A stretch of 62,278 bases of DNA, counting the filler, from Dugesia japonica (taxonomy: Eukaryota), in assembly GCA_001938525.1 (NCBI GenBank). It is 5 parts of 5 records of this genome, joined end to end, with 100 filler letters (N's around TTAATTAATTAA, not from the genome) between each part and the next. Parts side by side here need not be neighbours in the genome. Positions count along the whole stretch, not along the records: positions 1 to 24,049 come from MQRL01619755.1; 4 more parts are not named here. The stretch is one strand, 5' to 3'. This document shows positions 1-13,690 of the stretch, in pieces (the first letter of the stretch is position 1; every line of letters begins with the position of its first letter). Below the pieces are notes generated by a model. The model was given only the letters and a program-made list of their open reading frames with translations, was not told the DNA's origin and did no database searches. The position numbers and the translations under genes were made by a program.

Positions 1-122
1 TTTTTGAAATAAACATGTTTTAAGATTTTTTGGTATTTATAGTAATTTAAATTAATCAATATTAATTAGAAATCATATTATTTAAAAATTTTTTAAATAA
101 TTGCAAATTTGATATATTTTAA

Positions 123-860
123 ATGAAATTGCACACCGTCGATGCACCAATGGCCCAAATCCTTTTCTGTTACATCTGTGGGGAATATGTTTTCAAAGAT
201 TACAGTCATAAAGCATAAATTTAAAACATATTTTAAAATTAAATTAGGTAACCATGATAAGCCTTTTGCTTCTCATATTGTATGCAAAAAATGTTCTTCA
301 TACTTGTCCATGTTTTTAGCAGGTAAGATAAGTAAGATAAGATAGCAAAAACATCATTATGACGATTGCTATTTTTGCCAAACCAGAATGTCGGGTTATA
401 ACAAGAAATCAGCGAAGCATATTAAATATCCATATTTGTTATCAACAATAAGACCGACACCATATAATAAGAATGATGATACAATGGTTCCTTATCCAAA
501 CAGTGTAAACAGTGAAAGATTTTACCAGACGATAAGTACAATCGAAAAGCGATGCCAAGGCTGTGACAATGAGCGCATGATAATGTATTTTTGCTGGCTG
601 CTCAAAATTTGATAGTACTTCAAATAAAAAATAATATGGCTTGGTTTTGATATCCTAGTTACGTNTCGACTTAAATTTATAGGTCCTGCATAAGTGCTTT
701 TTCTGTAAATTTCTTGTTTTTTAAAAAGTAAATCTTCTCCAAAATGACACGTGATACGGAAAAACTGAGATTATATTTGGAATCAGCCCAAACGAAATAT
801 ATATGGAAGATACATTTCATCTCGGAAAAACTTTTAAAGTTAAAAAACCTTGAACATTGT
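123..860 (+). mobile_element. Internally deleted DNA transposon remnant, Chapaev3/CMC-like transposase
   Basis: Frameshifted fragments SFCYICGEY, YFKIKLGNHDKPFASHIVCKKC, HYDDCYFC and KHIKYPYLLSTIRPTP join directly to C-terminal SERFYQTISTIEKRCQG..YFCWLLK. These match my recollection of Chapaev3-type transposase N- and C-termini. Confidence 0.55.
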
Positions 861-1451
861 TATTTATTTCTTATTTCTTCTTAATTAATTTATTAACCAG
901 ATTCTTATTTTCCATTCAAAGATAAATATTTAAATAATTTTAGCTTTTCTTCTACCACCTAATTCATTTTCTTTATTTCTCCGTTTGCTAATTATTAATT
1001 TAATTTAGCATATTTATTCATGTGAATAAATTATTGNNNNNNNNNNNNNNNNNNNNNNNNNNNNNNNNNNNNNNNNNNNNNNNNNNTCTATTCTTATTCT
1101 TCTAGTGTCTGGTTGATAATGCGACTGTGCCTCAGTCTTTCTTCTACTCTTGCCCACTCCACGTCATTTAATGGTAGTTGTTTGTCGCTGGCTTCCCTTG
1201 TATTTGGATAATTTTTCAATTTCATCTTTGTCGTCATTATTATTTTCTTAGGGTTACACCTTCTTTCTATTTCTGGGCCTAATCATCAATTTTCTTTTTA
1301 CTAATATTTTGAAAAACAAATTTAATAACTAAAATTTGTTTTTCAAAATATTTGTTTAATTTACAAATCAATGGAAAAGTTAATTTTTAGAAAATAAATT
1401 TTGAAATGAAAAATTTTTAAAATTTTTATTTCTGAAATGATTTTTTTCTTT

Positions 1452-2520
1452 TCACTGTTCATTTTTAGGGTGTTCTACCACAACACTGGAAAAATTTGAC
1501 ATTTGGGCCATTAGCTTTGACATATCCTTCTTCTTTGCACGCCTAACACTGTTAAGATCTTTGTGGAAAATTATTTTCCGTTTTCTAAAGTCCTCTTCCA
1601 TCGAAATGATTAATGGGTGCATTTGAATTAACATATCTTCTGGAATTAAAATATCGGTCTTAGTAGCTTTCCACTAAACTATTCCTTTTAAAGTTGAATG
1701 GAAGATTTTGCCGAAAAACATTAAATTTGGCAGTTGTTGCATAATTCTTCTTTTCGATTTTAACTGCTGCAACATTGGCTTCTTGATTAAGTTCCATCTT
1801 GATAATGTCCATTTTTGTAATAATGTCTTTCATTTCGTCATTTGTTTTTGATTCTCGAATTTTTATTTCGTTTTTAACATCCCTATCTTCAACAGCATTT
1901 TGCAACAGAAAACTGACGAAATTTTCCTTTGTCAAGTCATGTCTGATTATATTATCTGCTAAACGATCAATTTTGTTGAAAAACCAATTTATGGATTCAT
2001 TTCCTTTGCGATAATTTAATGCAGATAATAAATCGTTACCAATATTTGCTGGTTCTTCAAAAGCTTTTCTGCATCTTTGGGCATAATCTTCAATTGAATC
2101 ATCAACGGAATCATATCTTTTCACAGTATATGAGGAAAGAAATGCCTAAATAAATGTCCTTTGAACAGGATTTTGATTTATTGTTAGTTCATAAAATCTT
2201 GCTATCTCAATTAAAAATTCTCCCACATCATCTTCAATATCGAAGGTTTTTGGAGAAGGAACAAAGGAATTGAGCATATATCCTTGGGTGGTCGCCATGT
2301 TAGAAGTCTGTTTAATTACCATAATATTTATTAATGAAAATCTAGAAAAGATGGAATAAATATATATGTAATTATAATTCGAACAATCAACATACCTCAA
2401 TCAGCAAACAAACATTGACCTGTTATGCAACATATTTAATATTTGAACTCACACTCAAATATTAATTATGCAACATACAGTTTTAATAATCATTTATAAT
2501 AAATATAAAATATCCTCACA
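1452..2520 (-). mobile_element. Gypsy-like LTR retroelement remnant, family B copy 1 (LTR, PBS, gag, short integrase-proximal piece; no PR/RT/RH)
   Basis: The LTR end TTCTAACA at 2298 is followed by PBS-like TGGCGACCAC. Gag-like ORF pieces lie at 2146-2298 and 1660-2124. The region is collinear with 31076-31940. Confidence 0.7.
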
Positions 2521-3742
2521 CACGCATACATACAATTTTGTAATTTTAAATATTTAATTATAATTAAATTAATTAATCTCATCTCACAAAAATAATAATA
2601 AATTAATAAAACTTTGCAATATATTCTTAGTATTTGAGCAGACCGATAGCATTATTTAAATTCAAAAATAAGATTTATTCAATATATTTCAAATTTTTTT
2701 TAATAATAAATTTTTTAATCAGACAGATTTTAGTTTAAAATAAGACTTAAAATTTAGATAAAGATTTGGCTTATTTGAAATGTAAAATAAAGTTATTGAA
2801 ATCAATACTTAAAAGTATACAAACTGAAATTCCTAAAAACGTCTTTTCATTTCGATCAAATTTCTAAATTCTGATTTTTGTTATATGGTTTTCACTACTA
2901 AATTCAAAAAAAAACGTTTCATTAAATTAATTTTAATGTTAGCTATTCGAATTTCTTCCCAGATAATTTTCACGCTTTGTAAAAACATACTTGTTTACAN
3001 ATTTCAAATTAATCTTAGACTTTTACATAATTTCACTTAGTATTTTTATATAATGGTTTTGGATAAAATTTATTGCCATTTTCACTTGTTATCCGTGATA
3101 TTCGAAGATATTTGCAACAAAATATTGATACTCGTTTACTTGTAACTTTTAGGAAATTACAACAAAACTGTATAAAACAGTTTTAATGATACATTATAAA
3201 AACACTAAATAACAAAGTCTCATTACATAATCAACTGTAAAGGCAGTGGGAACCTTTTCATAATAAACTGGGAAAGGTTTTATTAGAAGTTCTGTTTTCA
3301 ATAAAATTTGTTTATAAATTTTATAAAATTTTGTTTTAATTTATAGAAATTGTAAGAATTTTAAATTTAAAAAAACTCAAAAAATAATGGTAATTTTTTA
3401 AATAAATAATTGAACACCAATTTTTAAAATATTTATTTGTAGCGAATAATTTCAACGGAATAACCGTCATTATATTAAAACAAACTTTTTTACAAAGTTT
3501 AAATGAATATATAATTTCAATTATGCAATTTAAATTCATAATCAATAAAATAATTTTAAGAACGATGTTGAATCTGTCAACTGAACATTAATTTTAGTAT
3601 TTAATGCCCTTATCAACAAAGCTTCATAATATTTATTTATTGGATAAAACAAAGACATTTTAGAATAACAATCCAAATTTTAAAAAAATATTTTTTAATA
3701 TCTAATTTATTGTTGATATTTAATTAATTAAATCTAACTATT

Positions 3743-4161
3743 TTGACTAAAAGAAAACAAAGAACAACTGTAACAAAAGAAACAAAAAAATTAATGCGAA
3801 AACCTTTGGAACATGAATTAACTTTGAAATTTATCTCTGAAGAAGCTGAAATATCAATAATTTTCACAAGGAATTTGTGTGAAAAAATACCTAAAGTGAT
3901 GTCTGATGATGAAATTTTAGGCCAAACAATCTCAATCAGGATTTAAAAAATTGAGAATTAGGAGTATTGTTGAAAGAGATGCGTCACACTCTTGATTTTA
4001 TTAAGGATTTATTAACTTCACTTGGTTTAGTTGTATTCATTTCTATAATTTCGGGATTTTTAAAAAATCTTGATTTCGGTAGAAAAAGGCTTTCTTTGGT
4101 TCCTCAAGAACGAAAGTCTATTCGTAACATTGATTTAAGACAAAATAGATCTAATAATTGA
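3743..4161 (+). mobile_element. Tc1/IS630-like transposase N-terminal (HTH) remnant
   Basis: TLDFIKDLL..LKNLDFGRKRLSLVPQERKSIRNIDLR resembles the RKRL-P-ERN linker preceding the DDE domain. The ORF is interrupted by stops and cut off by the adjacent Gypsy. Confidence 0.6.
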
Positions 4162-4169
4162 TGCCTATA

Positions 4170-6090
4170 ATGTCAGGAAAAACAAAATATTGAATGTTGT
4201 CATAAGATCGGTTATACTAAAGCTACACAAATTTGAAAATGAAAAGAGAAATTTATGACTGCAGAGAGATCAAAAACCGATATAGTCGAGTACATGCGAT
4301 TGAAGATGAAGATGTCAACACAAACGATGGATATGAGGAAGTATATAAAACTGATTCCGAAAGGCAGTACCCAAAAAGCAGGGCTCTAACAGTAGAAGAG
4401 TTGGTTGGAGCCATCCATTGTTAAATGAAGTTAGTAATTATACTCAAGGAGTCGAAAAGTGTGATGATATAGGAAAAGTGACAGAAAAAGTATACAGCTT
4501 TTTAAAGAAGGAAAATTTTGGATATGATAGAAAAGTAGAATGATTTGGAACAATTGAAACAGAAAAGAAAACAAATATTTCGTATCATAAATACCAAGGT
4601 AGACCAAGTGTTACGGTATCAATTCAAGGAAATAAAGTTGACTGTCTATTAGATACAGGGGTTCGAATTAACGTGATGAGTTTGAGTTGTTTTAATAAAT
4701 TACGAGACGTTCATTTAGAAATGAGTGATGAAAGATTGCGTTGTGCAAATAATAGTACACTAGAAATTGTTAAAAAGTTAGAATTGGAGTGATAATTGAT
4801 GAAGTTTGCAAAGAGATTACTTTCTTAGTTGCTGAAAGAGTAACACCAGATCTGATAGGAGGAATAGATATGCAGAGAGTTTTTGGATATCCAGCTTATG
4901 CGAAAGGTCGATAGCAAAACGGATGAAAACGTCGAAAATTACATTTGTAATATTGAAGCAAATTTTGGAAGACAAATTAAAAAAGGAGAGCAATTGACAA
5001 GAGCCTTAAATACTTTGAAGATTAAAGACGATCAATGGTTATTAAAAATAGTTGGAAGTAAAGAAGATGCTTTTATGGCAGATAAATTGGATGTAGGACG
5101 CATTCATGTGACAAAACACAAAGTAATCACAAGTGGTGAACCAATCAATGTAAAACCGTATAGATAACCAATGAACTTAGAATCTAAAATTGAAGAAGCT
5201 ATCCAAAACCTTTTCGAGAATAATATTATCCAGAAATACAACTCTCCATTGAATACCCCACTGATTTTTGTTTGGAATATGGAAAACAGGACATACGAAT
5301 ATGTTTGGATTTTAAATAATTGAATGCAGTAAGTCTTTCCGATGCCTAATGTCGATGAAATGCTGGACAAGTTAGATGGAGCCAAATTTTTCAGTTCTAT
5401 AGATTTAGGAAAGGCGTACTACCAAGTAGAACTCGAAGAAGAATCTCAAGAAAAAACGGGATTTCAATGCAAAAGAACAAATTGAAAGACAGTTCAGGAC
5501 AATTCGAGATTTGATTAATGCAACACTTCAGGAAAGAAAGACAACAAAGTGGTCAGATCTTTTACTGGAAATAGAATTTACAATGAACGTAACAAAACAG
5601 AAGACGATTGGAAAGACCCTGGCTGAGATCGTATTTGGAAAGAAAATTAGCAGAGAAAAGTGGTGTGAATCAGATGTTTTAGATAGAACTAAAGAAAACA
5701 CTTCCGACATTAACAGAGAATTCAAAGTGGCCGATTTTGTAGTCATCAAGGTAGAAACAAGAAATAAAAGTCAAGACAAATTTAAAGGACCTTATCGAAT
5801 AATTAAGATAATTCGTGAAAGACGGTATGCGGCACAAGGAGAAAATAGACAGCGATTGGAAAAAAATGTGGAAAAACGTAGAAGTTTCTTAAGAGGGGAA
5901 TATGAAGAAATAATTATTATATAATAATTTTACCCAATAGAAAGTGATCAAATTCCATTTTAAAATGTAATCAGTTCTATTTCAATTATAATAATCTTAC
6001 TAAATATGTGTTGTAGTAGTAAAATAAATTATGTCTAAAAATATTAGTTGTGATTTGGAAAATGAATTACCAATTGAAGATTCAACTAAG
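4170..6090 (+). mobile_element. Ty3/Gypsy retrotransposon family A, 5'-truncated and internally deleted
   Basis: Gag tail, protease LLDTG (~4645), RT N-terminus (PINVKPYR, FPMPNVDEMLDKL, IDLGKAYYQV), then a jump to the integrase C-terminus (EIEFTMN, KFKGPY). PPT AAGAGGGGAA at 5891-5900. Homologous to 43640-47190. Confidence 0.9.
5901..6090 (+). repeat. 3' LTR of Gypsy family A (~190 bp)
   Basis: Immediately follows the PPT and aligns with the reverse complement of 47029-47190, including AAATGAATTACCAATTGAAGATT. Confidence 0.8.
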
Positions 6091-7062
6091 GCTATAATAT
6101 AAGAAATTATTTAAATTAAACTATAAAATTTTCCAAGTTATAAACTGTCTTACAACTTTAACACAACATAAATTGAGGATACTTTCAGACATGTTTATAC
6201 AAGAATTTAGGAACATTATCGAATGGATGGTTGAATTATTATTTATGAACATAATATTTGTTGTAAACCAGTATTAAATATCAATAATTCTAAACCTTTG
6301 TGGTGAAATTTGCAGACAATAGGAAGAACGTGTTGTGTAGAACATCGATAATTAGATTTCAAGATTTGAAAAGTAATGTTTAGACAGGTTTTTAAAGTAT
6401 TTATTTAATGTTTTAATCAATAGGAATTTTACTACGATACCTTATTTCTTAGAAAACTTTGCAGAAATATAAATGATATCATTAGTTTTGATTACGACAT
6501 ACCTATATTTTTCTAATAAAAAATGTTGGTTTTACTTTAAAAAAATTTATCAATATAACTTTTTAAACCAAATTTTGTTTTATGAATATGTTTATTGCAA
6601 TTAAAGAAAAATTGAAATTAAACAAAATCATAAAGTTTTGTAACTTAATAAAACTTCAGCATTAATAAAAAAGAAATACGGTAATGTAGTAGGGTAAAAA
6701 TAATAATAATGACTAAAAGCAGAGCATAAAAGACTCAGTCATAATTTTGTAATTGTTATTCCAAAATAACATTTAATAATTATTCTGCAAATTTCCAATA
6801 AATTCTACTCGAGTTTCAATTGATTGTCTGTTCGGCCGAAATAAATAAAGCAAAAAAGTCCTACGCTGTCCATTTGCAACTTATTAATTTATCGAATTTA
6901 TTAATATTTTCTTCAAAAATTACTAATTATGCGTTTCTATTTATTTTTCGTAATTTTTCCAAACTCTGAATATTTAAACGTACTCCTTGTTTCTTTATTA
7001 TAATTAATTTCTCATTAATTTCTAAAATTTAAGCTTAAAAGTATTCATTTACTTATCCTGAC

Positions 7063-7090
7063 AATAATAATAATAATAATAAATAATAAT

Positions 7091-7122
<32 letters not shown>

Positions 7123-7288
7123 NNNNNNNNNNNNNNNNNNNNNNNNNNNNNNNNNNNNNNNNNNNNNNNNNNNNNNNNNNNNNNNNNNNNNNNNNNNNNN
7201 NNNNNNNNNNNNNNNNNNNNNNNNNNNNNNNNNNNNNNNNNNNNNNNNNNNNNNNNNNNNNNNNNNNNNNNNNNNNNNNNNNNNNNNN

Positions 7289-7350
<62 letters not shown>
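7063..7350. repeat. (AAT)n microsatellite spanning a gap
   Basis: AAT repeats on both sides of the N run. Confidence 0.95.
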
Positions 7351-7353
<3 letters not shown>

Positions 7354-7513
7354 TTAATGATAGAAAATTTTAAAACCATTGTTTACTATAATAGTAAATA
7401 ACATATTGTAAAAATGTTTTCATGCATTCATTGAGATTAAAATGAATATTAAATAAATAATATTTATATTTATTCTAAGATATGATCAATAAATGACATT
7501 TGGAAATTTTTAC

Positions 7514-8502
7514 CTCAAATCAGCTAAATCTGATTTGTTTGCTACAAGAATAGCAATAGATTTTCGATCTTTTGTGAATTGTGAATACAATTTGACAATC
7601 TCCATCGCTCGATAATAACTGCTTCTGCTAGTTATAGAATAAACAATCAGGACAATATCAGCCCAATCAAATGTGCTCTGATTATATGTTTCGTCCTTAA
7701 TAATGGAAACATCTTCAATCATTTATTGACAGTAGAAATGAATATTTTATATAATTACAAGTGTAAATAATTTATCTATAACATTAAGAATGAATGAAAT
7801 GTGCTACGTAAGTTTTATTACTTCAGCAGTATAAACAAAATCTGAAATTCAATTATTTGATTAATTTTTCGAAACTAAATTTATCGAAATTAAGTTCCAG
7901 AAATATCGCAAAATTCAAAACTTTAATTTAATAAATAGGTTTCTATGCAGTTGAGCATTAACTATCAATCATGAAAATATATTTTAACTATTTTAATAAT
8001 TTTCAATAATAAATACATTGAAGATTTCATACAAGGTTTAACCGCAGTTTGTCATTCTATTTATATAAATGTAATTATTTTAATTATTATTTAATAATTA
8101 TTATCTTAATAAGCATAATTATTTATTTTCTAACATATCAATACTATTAGTCAGTGGCGTGGCCAAGGTTAAAACGTATCTTGGCGTATGAAAACAAATT
8201 TCATTTTTTGATGCAATTTCATGTGCCTAAAGAAATGTTATCTACTTAAATAATAAAAAAACAAAACAATTGTTATTAAAAAATTGTTTTTCCTANNNNN
8301 NNNNNNNNNNNNNNNNNNNNNNNNNNNNNNNNNNNNNNNNNNNNNNNNNNNNNNNNNNNNNNNNNNNNNNNNNNNNNNNNNNNNNNNNNNNNNNNNNNNN
8401 NNNNNNNNNNNNNNNNNNNNNNNNNNNNNNNNNNNNNNNNNNNNNNNNNNNNNNNNNNNNNNNNNNNNNNNNNNNNNNNNNNNNNNNNNNNNNNNNNNNN
8501 NN

Positions 8503-8572
<70 letters not shown>

Positions 8573-8785
8573 ATTTCTGGTATTTTCTACTTAAATTTTG
8601 AAACATACTGAATCCCTGAAATCTTGAATATTAAGGCAGTATAAATGTCCGTCGACCATTTCATCTTTCTGAATCAAATCATCTAAATAATATTTTTATT
8701 AATATATTTTTATGAATTAATTGCTAACTTATTGCTGAAGAATATTCATAAATAAATCTATTTGTGTAGAATTTCACCAGAATCG
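7514..8785 (-). CDS. RERG/RERGL-like Ras-family small GTPase, internal exons 8785-8729, 8682-8609 and 7695-7514 (first and last exons not found)
   Basis: GT-AG exons of 57, 74 and 182 nt with compatible phases splice to AILVKFYTNRFIYEYSSAINDLIQKDEMVDGHLYCLNIQDFRDS|DETYNQSTFDWADIVLIVYSITSRSSYYRAMEIVKLYSQFTKDRKSIAILVANKSDLADLR. G4 NKSD is intact. The acceptor at 7695 is inferred from phase. Confidence 0.8.
8503..8566. repeat. (ATT)n microsatellite in a GTPase intron
   Basis: Pure ATT run after the N gap. Confidence 0.95.
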
Positions 8786-9559
8786 CTGTAAAGAATATTA
8801 AATTAAAATAGAATAAAATTTTAATTTATAATTCGATAAATTATAAAAATGCATAAAATTAAAATTATTATAAAAGACAAATATTAGTATTTAAATGAAT
8901 TTTACCATAAATTACAAAATTAACAAAAGGTAGCTAACATAATAAATAGAAAAAAATATAAAATTGTTACTGTGAATGTTCTTGGCAGTATAAGCATTTA
9001 TTATTTACATGTTTATTAGTTTATATCATATTTAAAATGATTGATTCATATTTTATGGTTATGTTATGAGCAAACGTTTATTTTTCTTCATCACCAAGAT
9101 TTTTATACCGAAAATAATTAATTTCAGAATTGATACAGTTATAAGATCAGAATAACACAATCTGTAATTCTAACGATTATTTTTTCAAATATATGAAAAA
9201 ACATATTTTTGATCAAAATTTTGACATACTTGGTTGATAATACTATTGGATTTGATGAAGGTTATATTTATTAAGATTTAATTTAATTAATTTTTTTTTA
9301 GAGTCATTTGTTGATTTACTCGACAAAATATTTCCAAACTACCAGGATGATGAATTAATGGGCACCAGAAATATTTTGGGAGAAAATCAAACAATTGATC
9401 GGGATAGAGATGGTTAAGGTTTTGGANNNNNNNNNNNNNNNNNNNNNNNNNNNNNNNNNNNNNNNNNNNNNNNNNNTAACACAATCTGTAATTCTAACGA
9501 TTATTTTTTCAAATATATGAAAAAACATATTTTTGATCAAAATTTTGACAAACATTAAC

Positions 9560-10878
9560 TTACAGGGTTTCTCATAAATATAGATGTTTTCTCAAAATAT
9601 ACATCTATTTTCCCAAATTTATAAATACATTTTTTTCGAAATATGAAATCAATTTTAGATTATTATGTAGAAATTTTAAAAATAACATGAAATTAAAGAT
9701 TATATACAAAATAGGAACAATAAAATTTATTCAAATGAGTCGTGAAATTCCTCATTCCAACCATATTCTTATTTCTCTAAACTATCATTCAAATGATATT
9801 GTTTCACCACCTTTAAATATCGTAATACGTTAGATTATTTCTTCTCTGTTTCTTAAAAGAGGTCTTAAATCTTTAACGGATAAGCAGCTTTAAGATGCGA
9901 AAGATAACAATTGAGCTGGGAAGAATAAACATATAAAAACAATTAATTTATTTGTTTGAAATGTAATAATTCTTTCACATATAAACGTTGATGAAATCGA
10001 CAATTTTTCATAACCGAAAAATCATGTTTATTATTAGCATTATTAGTTAAATTCAAAGTCTCACAAGTCTCCATAAATTGTTAATTGATTAAAAGAAGTC
10101 TTTTATTAAATGAAAAAATGCTAAAGCACAATTCACAATATTCAAACAAATAATCTGAGAAATCTTAATAAAATATTTTTCAAAAANNNNNNNNNNNNNN
10201 NNNNNNNNNNNNNNNNNNNNNNNNNNNNNNNNNNNNTTCCAGTGCGCCACCATCTACCTACTACCAAGAAAATTACAGGGTTTCTCATAAATATACATCT
10301 ATTTTCCCAAAACTATAAATACATTTTTTTCGAAATATCAAATCAATTTTAGATTATTATGTAGAAATTTTAAAAATAACATGAAATTAAAGATTATATA
10401 CAAAATAGGAACAATAAAATTTATTCAAATGAGTCGTAAAATTCCTCATTCCAACCATATTCTTATTTCTCTAAACTATCCTTCAAATGATATTGTTTCA
10501 CCACCTTTAAATATCGTATACGTTAGATTATTTCTTCTCTGTTTCTTAAAAGAGGTCTTAAATCTTTAACGGATAAGCAGCTTTTAAATGCGAAAGATAA
10601 CAATTGAGCTGGGAAGAATAAACATATTAATACAATTAATTTATTTGTTTGAAATGTAATAATTCTTTCACATATAAACGTTGATGGAATTGACAATTTT
10701 TCATAACCGAAAAATCATGTTTATTATTAGCATTATTAGTTAAATTCAAAGTCTCGCAAGTCTCCATAAATTGTTTATTGATTAAAAGAAGTCTTTTATT
10801 AAATGAAAAAATGCTAAAGCACAATTCTCAAAATTCAAACAAATAATCTGAGAAATCTTAATAAAATATTTTTCAAAA
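9560..10878. repeat. Near-identical ~610 bp direct duplication (9560-10186 and 10273-10878) of an unclassified CAGGG-ended transposon-like sequence
   Basis: Both copies begin TACAGGGTTTCTCATAAATATA and are collinear across an N gap. Possibly a haplotype or assembly duplication. Confidence 0.75.
10237..10264 (-). mobile_element. Polinton-like terminus
   Basis: CAGTGCGCCACCATCTACCTACTAC matches the termini at 36819, 38544, 41166 and 26561. Confidence 0.55.
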
Positions 10879-11970
10879 ATATTGATTTTTTAAATTCCAA
10901 AATACTTTTTTTAACCTGTATTTAACCTTTATTTAACCTGTATTTTTAATTATTTTTAAACATAATTTTACAAAATAATTTTTAAAATTTTATAATTTAA
11001 CACAATATAAAATATCGACTTTAATTATAAAATACCTTTATTTTACATATATCTTTATTTATTTTTNNNNNTAATTTTACAAAATATTTTTTATAATTTT
11101 AAAATTTAACATAATATAATATATAGAATTTATTCAATTAATTTGTATTTTTAAAAAACCTGTTTTATATTTTAAGTTTCAAAAAACCAATTTTAGTATC
11201 AAATATAAAAATTAAAAAATCTCAGATTTTTGAAATCCATGAATCGATACTCACAATCATCAACATGTTGTAACAATTCATTATTACAGGTTTTTGCAGA
11301 AATATATTTAAAAAATTTCAAAATATATGTAAAATTTGTTAATATCTTCACAAATAAAATTTCATTAGAATTTCGAAAGATTTCCACTAGATTTGATTTT
11401 GTAATTTTTTTGTGAAAACCTTTTCAAGAAAAACATTAATTTATTAAACAAAAATTTCAAAAGACAATTTTAAATTTGTTAAAATATATTTCAACAAAAT
11501 TTCCGAATAAATATTTGAAGCGAAAAATCAAAAATTTGGAATTTAAAATCACTACACTATTGAAAATATCAGTAAATCAGCATCATATCAATGATTTTTT
11601 TTTTTGGAATATTCTGCCAGATTTCTATTTTTAAACAGATGATTCACAACATGAATCAATTTATACACGAAACCATTTATGTTAATATGTAAATTAATAT
11701 ATTGTTTATCATCATTCAACGGGAGAAATCCAGTTTAATTACACTAATAAAGAATTTTTAAATTTACTAATAATTCTGAATGAGATATTTTTCAAATGAA
11801 AATAATTCAAATTAACATTTTAATGTTAATTGATAAACTGAAAAAAAACTATGAAGATGTAATAAAATCAAATTTATTCACTAGAACAATTACATGTTAT
11901 TATCTCTAATTTAACATACCAGAATTTATGCTAAAAATTATAACTTTTCATAAATTTGTTTAAACTAGAC

Positions 11971-12800
11971 CAAGGGTCTCTAAAATTTTCAGCTCGAGGG
12001 CATCAATAACTATCAAACACCAGTTTGGGAGCCGACTTCTCACTCTATGTCCAAATAAAAAAGAATCAAAACACAGATGTTGTTTTTATTTATTTATTTA
12101 ATATTACTTTATTCTGTTATTAATTAATAACACATTTATACACTACACATGAACACATGTATTAGTGGGAATGATGAAATTGTGTCCTGAATGCCAAAAT
12201 AGTAGACATTTTTGGCTTTAGATTTGATGTCCCAAACATCAACAGTGACCTGAGATTATCATCAGACAAGTTTGTTCTCAGATTGTTCTTCACGTATTTC
12301 ATTCTTGAAAATGTTTGTTCACACAAGCATGTTATTCCAAAGATTGAAAGGCACTTGATGCAAACGCTGTGACACTATGAAAGTTTCCTTGGGCAAAAAT
12401 TGGTAAAAACCCAATAGTCCATCTTTGAACCTGTCCCTAAGGAGGTTATTTGCTAAACCTGAATGACCATCAACTGCAGTTTATCTGTGCACCTGGCTAC
12501 ATCTTCTTCAAATGGGTTTTGAAACAGTTTCACTTTTTCTGCCTTTGATTCCAAATCAGAAAACAGCTCCTGAAACTGCAGTTGGATGATCTCGTATGTA
12601 AATGACATTGGAAACTCATATGTTGCCTCTGCCATGAAAACCTTGCACTGCTGAAAGTGCGTCAAGTTGTTGGCCTGTATTTATTACAAAAAGAAGACAA
12701 GTTTAGATCTGTAGACCTTTTGGTGGGTGTGTAGATCAGAAACTAGATTATTCTCTCCTTGTAGTTTTAGGTTCAGAAAATTTAAATGACTAATTATGTT
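11971..12800 (-). mobile_element. hAT (Charlie/SPIN-like) transposon 3' remnant
   Basis: Minus strand encodes LQFQELFSDLE..LFQNPF and LSIFGITCLCEQTFSRMKYVKNNLRTNLSDDNL (hAT C-terminal dimerisation region). Terminus CAAGGGTCTC follows the target-like AACTAGAC. Confidence 0.8.
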
Positions 12801-12869
12801 TACAGCAAATTAAGTAGAAAAGAAGTAGAAAAAGTAAGCAGCGAATAAGGTTTTGCAATGTAGTGATCA

Positions 12870-12870
<1 letters not shown>

Positions 12871-12935
<65 letters not shown>

Positions 12936-13085
12936 NNNNNNNNNNNNNNNNNNNNNNNNNNNNNNNNNNNNNNNNNNNNNNNNNNNNNNNNNNNNNNNNN
13001 NNNNNNNNNNNNNNNNNNNNNNNNNNNNNNNNNNNNNNNNNNNNNNNNNNNNNNNNNNNNNNNNNNNNNNNNNNNNNNNNNNNNN

Positions 13086-13123
<38 letters not shown>
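12871..13123. repeat. (ATT)n microsatellite spanning a gap
   Basis: ATT repeats flank the N run. Confidence 0.95.
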
Positions 13124-13124
<1 letters not shown>

Positions 13125-13690
13125 GTAATTTAATTTTCTCATGACTGATTTTAAAATAATAACGGGACTGTTACCAGTAAATAATTATATTTTTTTAATA
13201 TCACTGGTAATAGATATTAGAAATGTCCAAGAAATTAACGATAAAAGTATGCTTGTTACAATTTTATCATATCAATTAAATTTTTTTAAAAATCTCAAAT
13301 TACATTTACATGGGAATTTATGTAGATTACACAATTTTAATTAAGAAAACATTTATTAGTAATATACACTCCCACACAATTTATAACTCAGATATCTTCA
13401 AGTTTACTGTAGAAATTGATGCTTCTATAAAGTGATGATTTCTAATTTTATTTATTTCTTATCAATTATTTCGATTTTTCAGAAAATTTTATTTTCTCCA
13501 TTATTGGTCTTAGAGTATATTGTAATAATTATATATAATTCATTATAATTAAATTTTTCTATGTATTGTCGTAACGTAACTTTTATATTTTTGGGAAAAC
13601 ATAGAAATTGTTTACTTTAAATTATTGAAAAAATTAATATTTGAATTTAAAAAATTATTAATATATTTTTTTAGAAATAATCATCTCAAA

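Noticed and set aside
6690-7050. Terminal (G5) exon of the GTPase
   Set aside because: No phase-compatible open exon with a convincing ExSA motif was found.
7822-7841. 20-nt micro-exon candidate in the GTPase intron
   Set aside because: It would shift the frame between exons that already join in phase 0.
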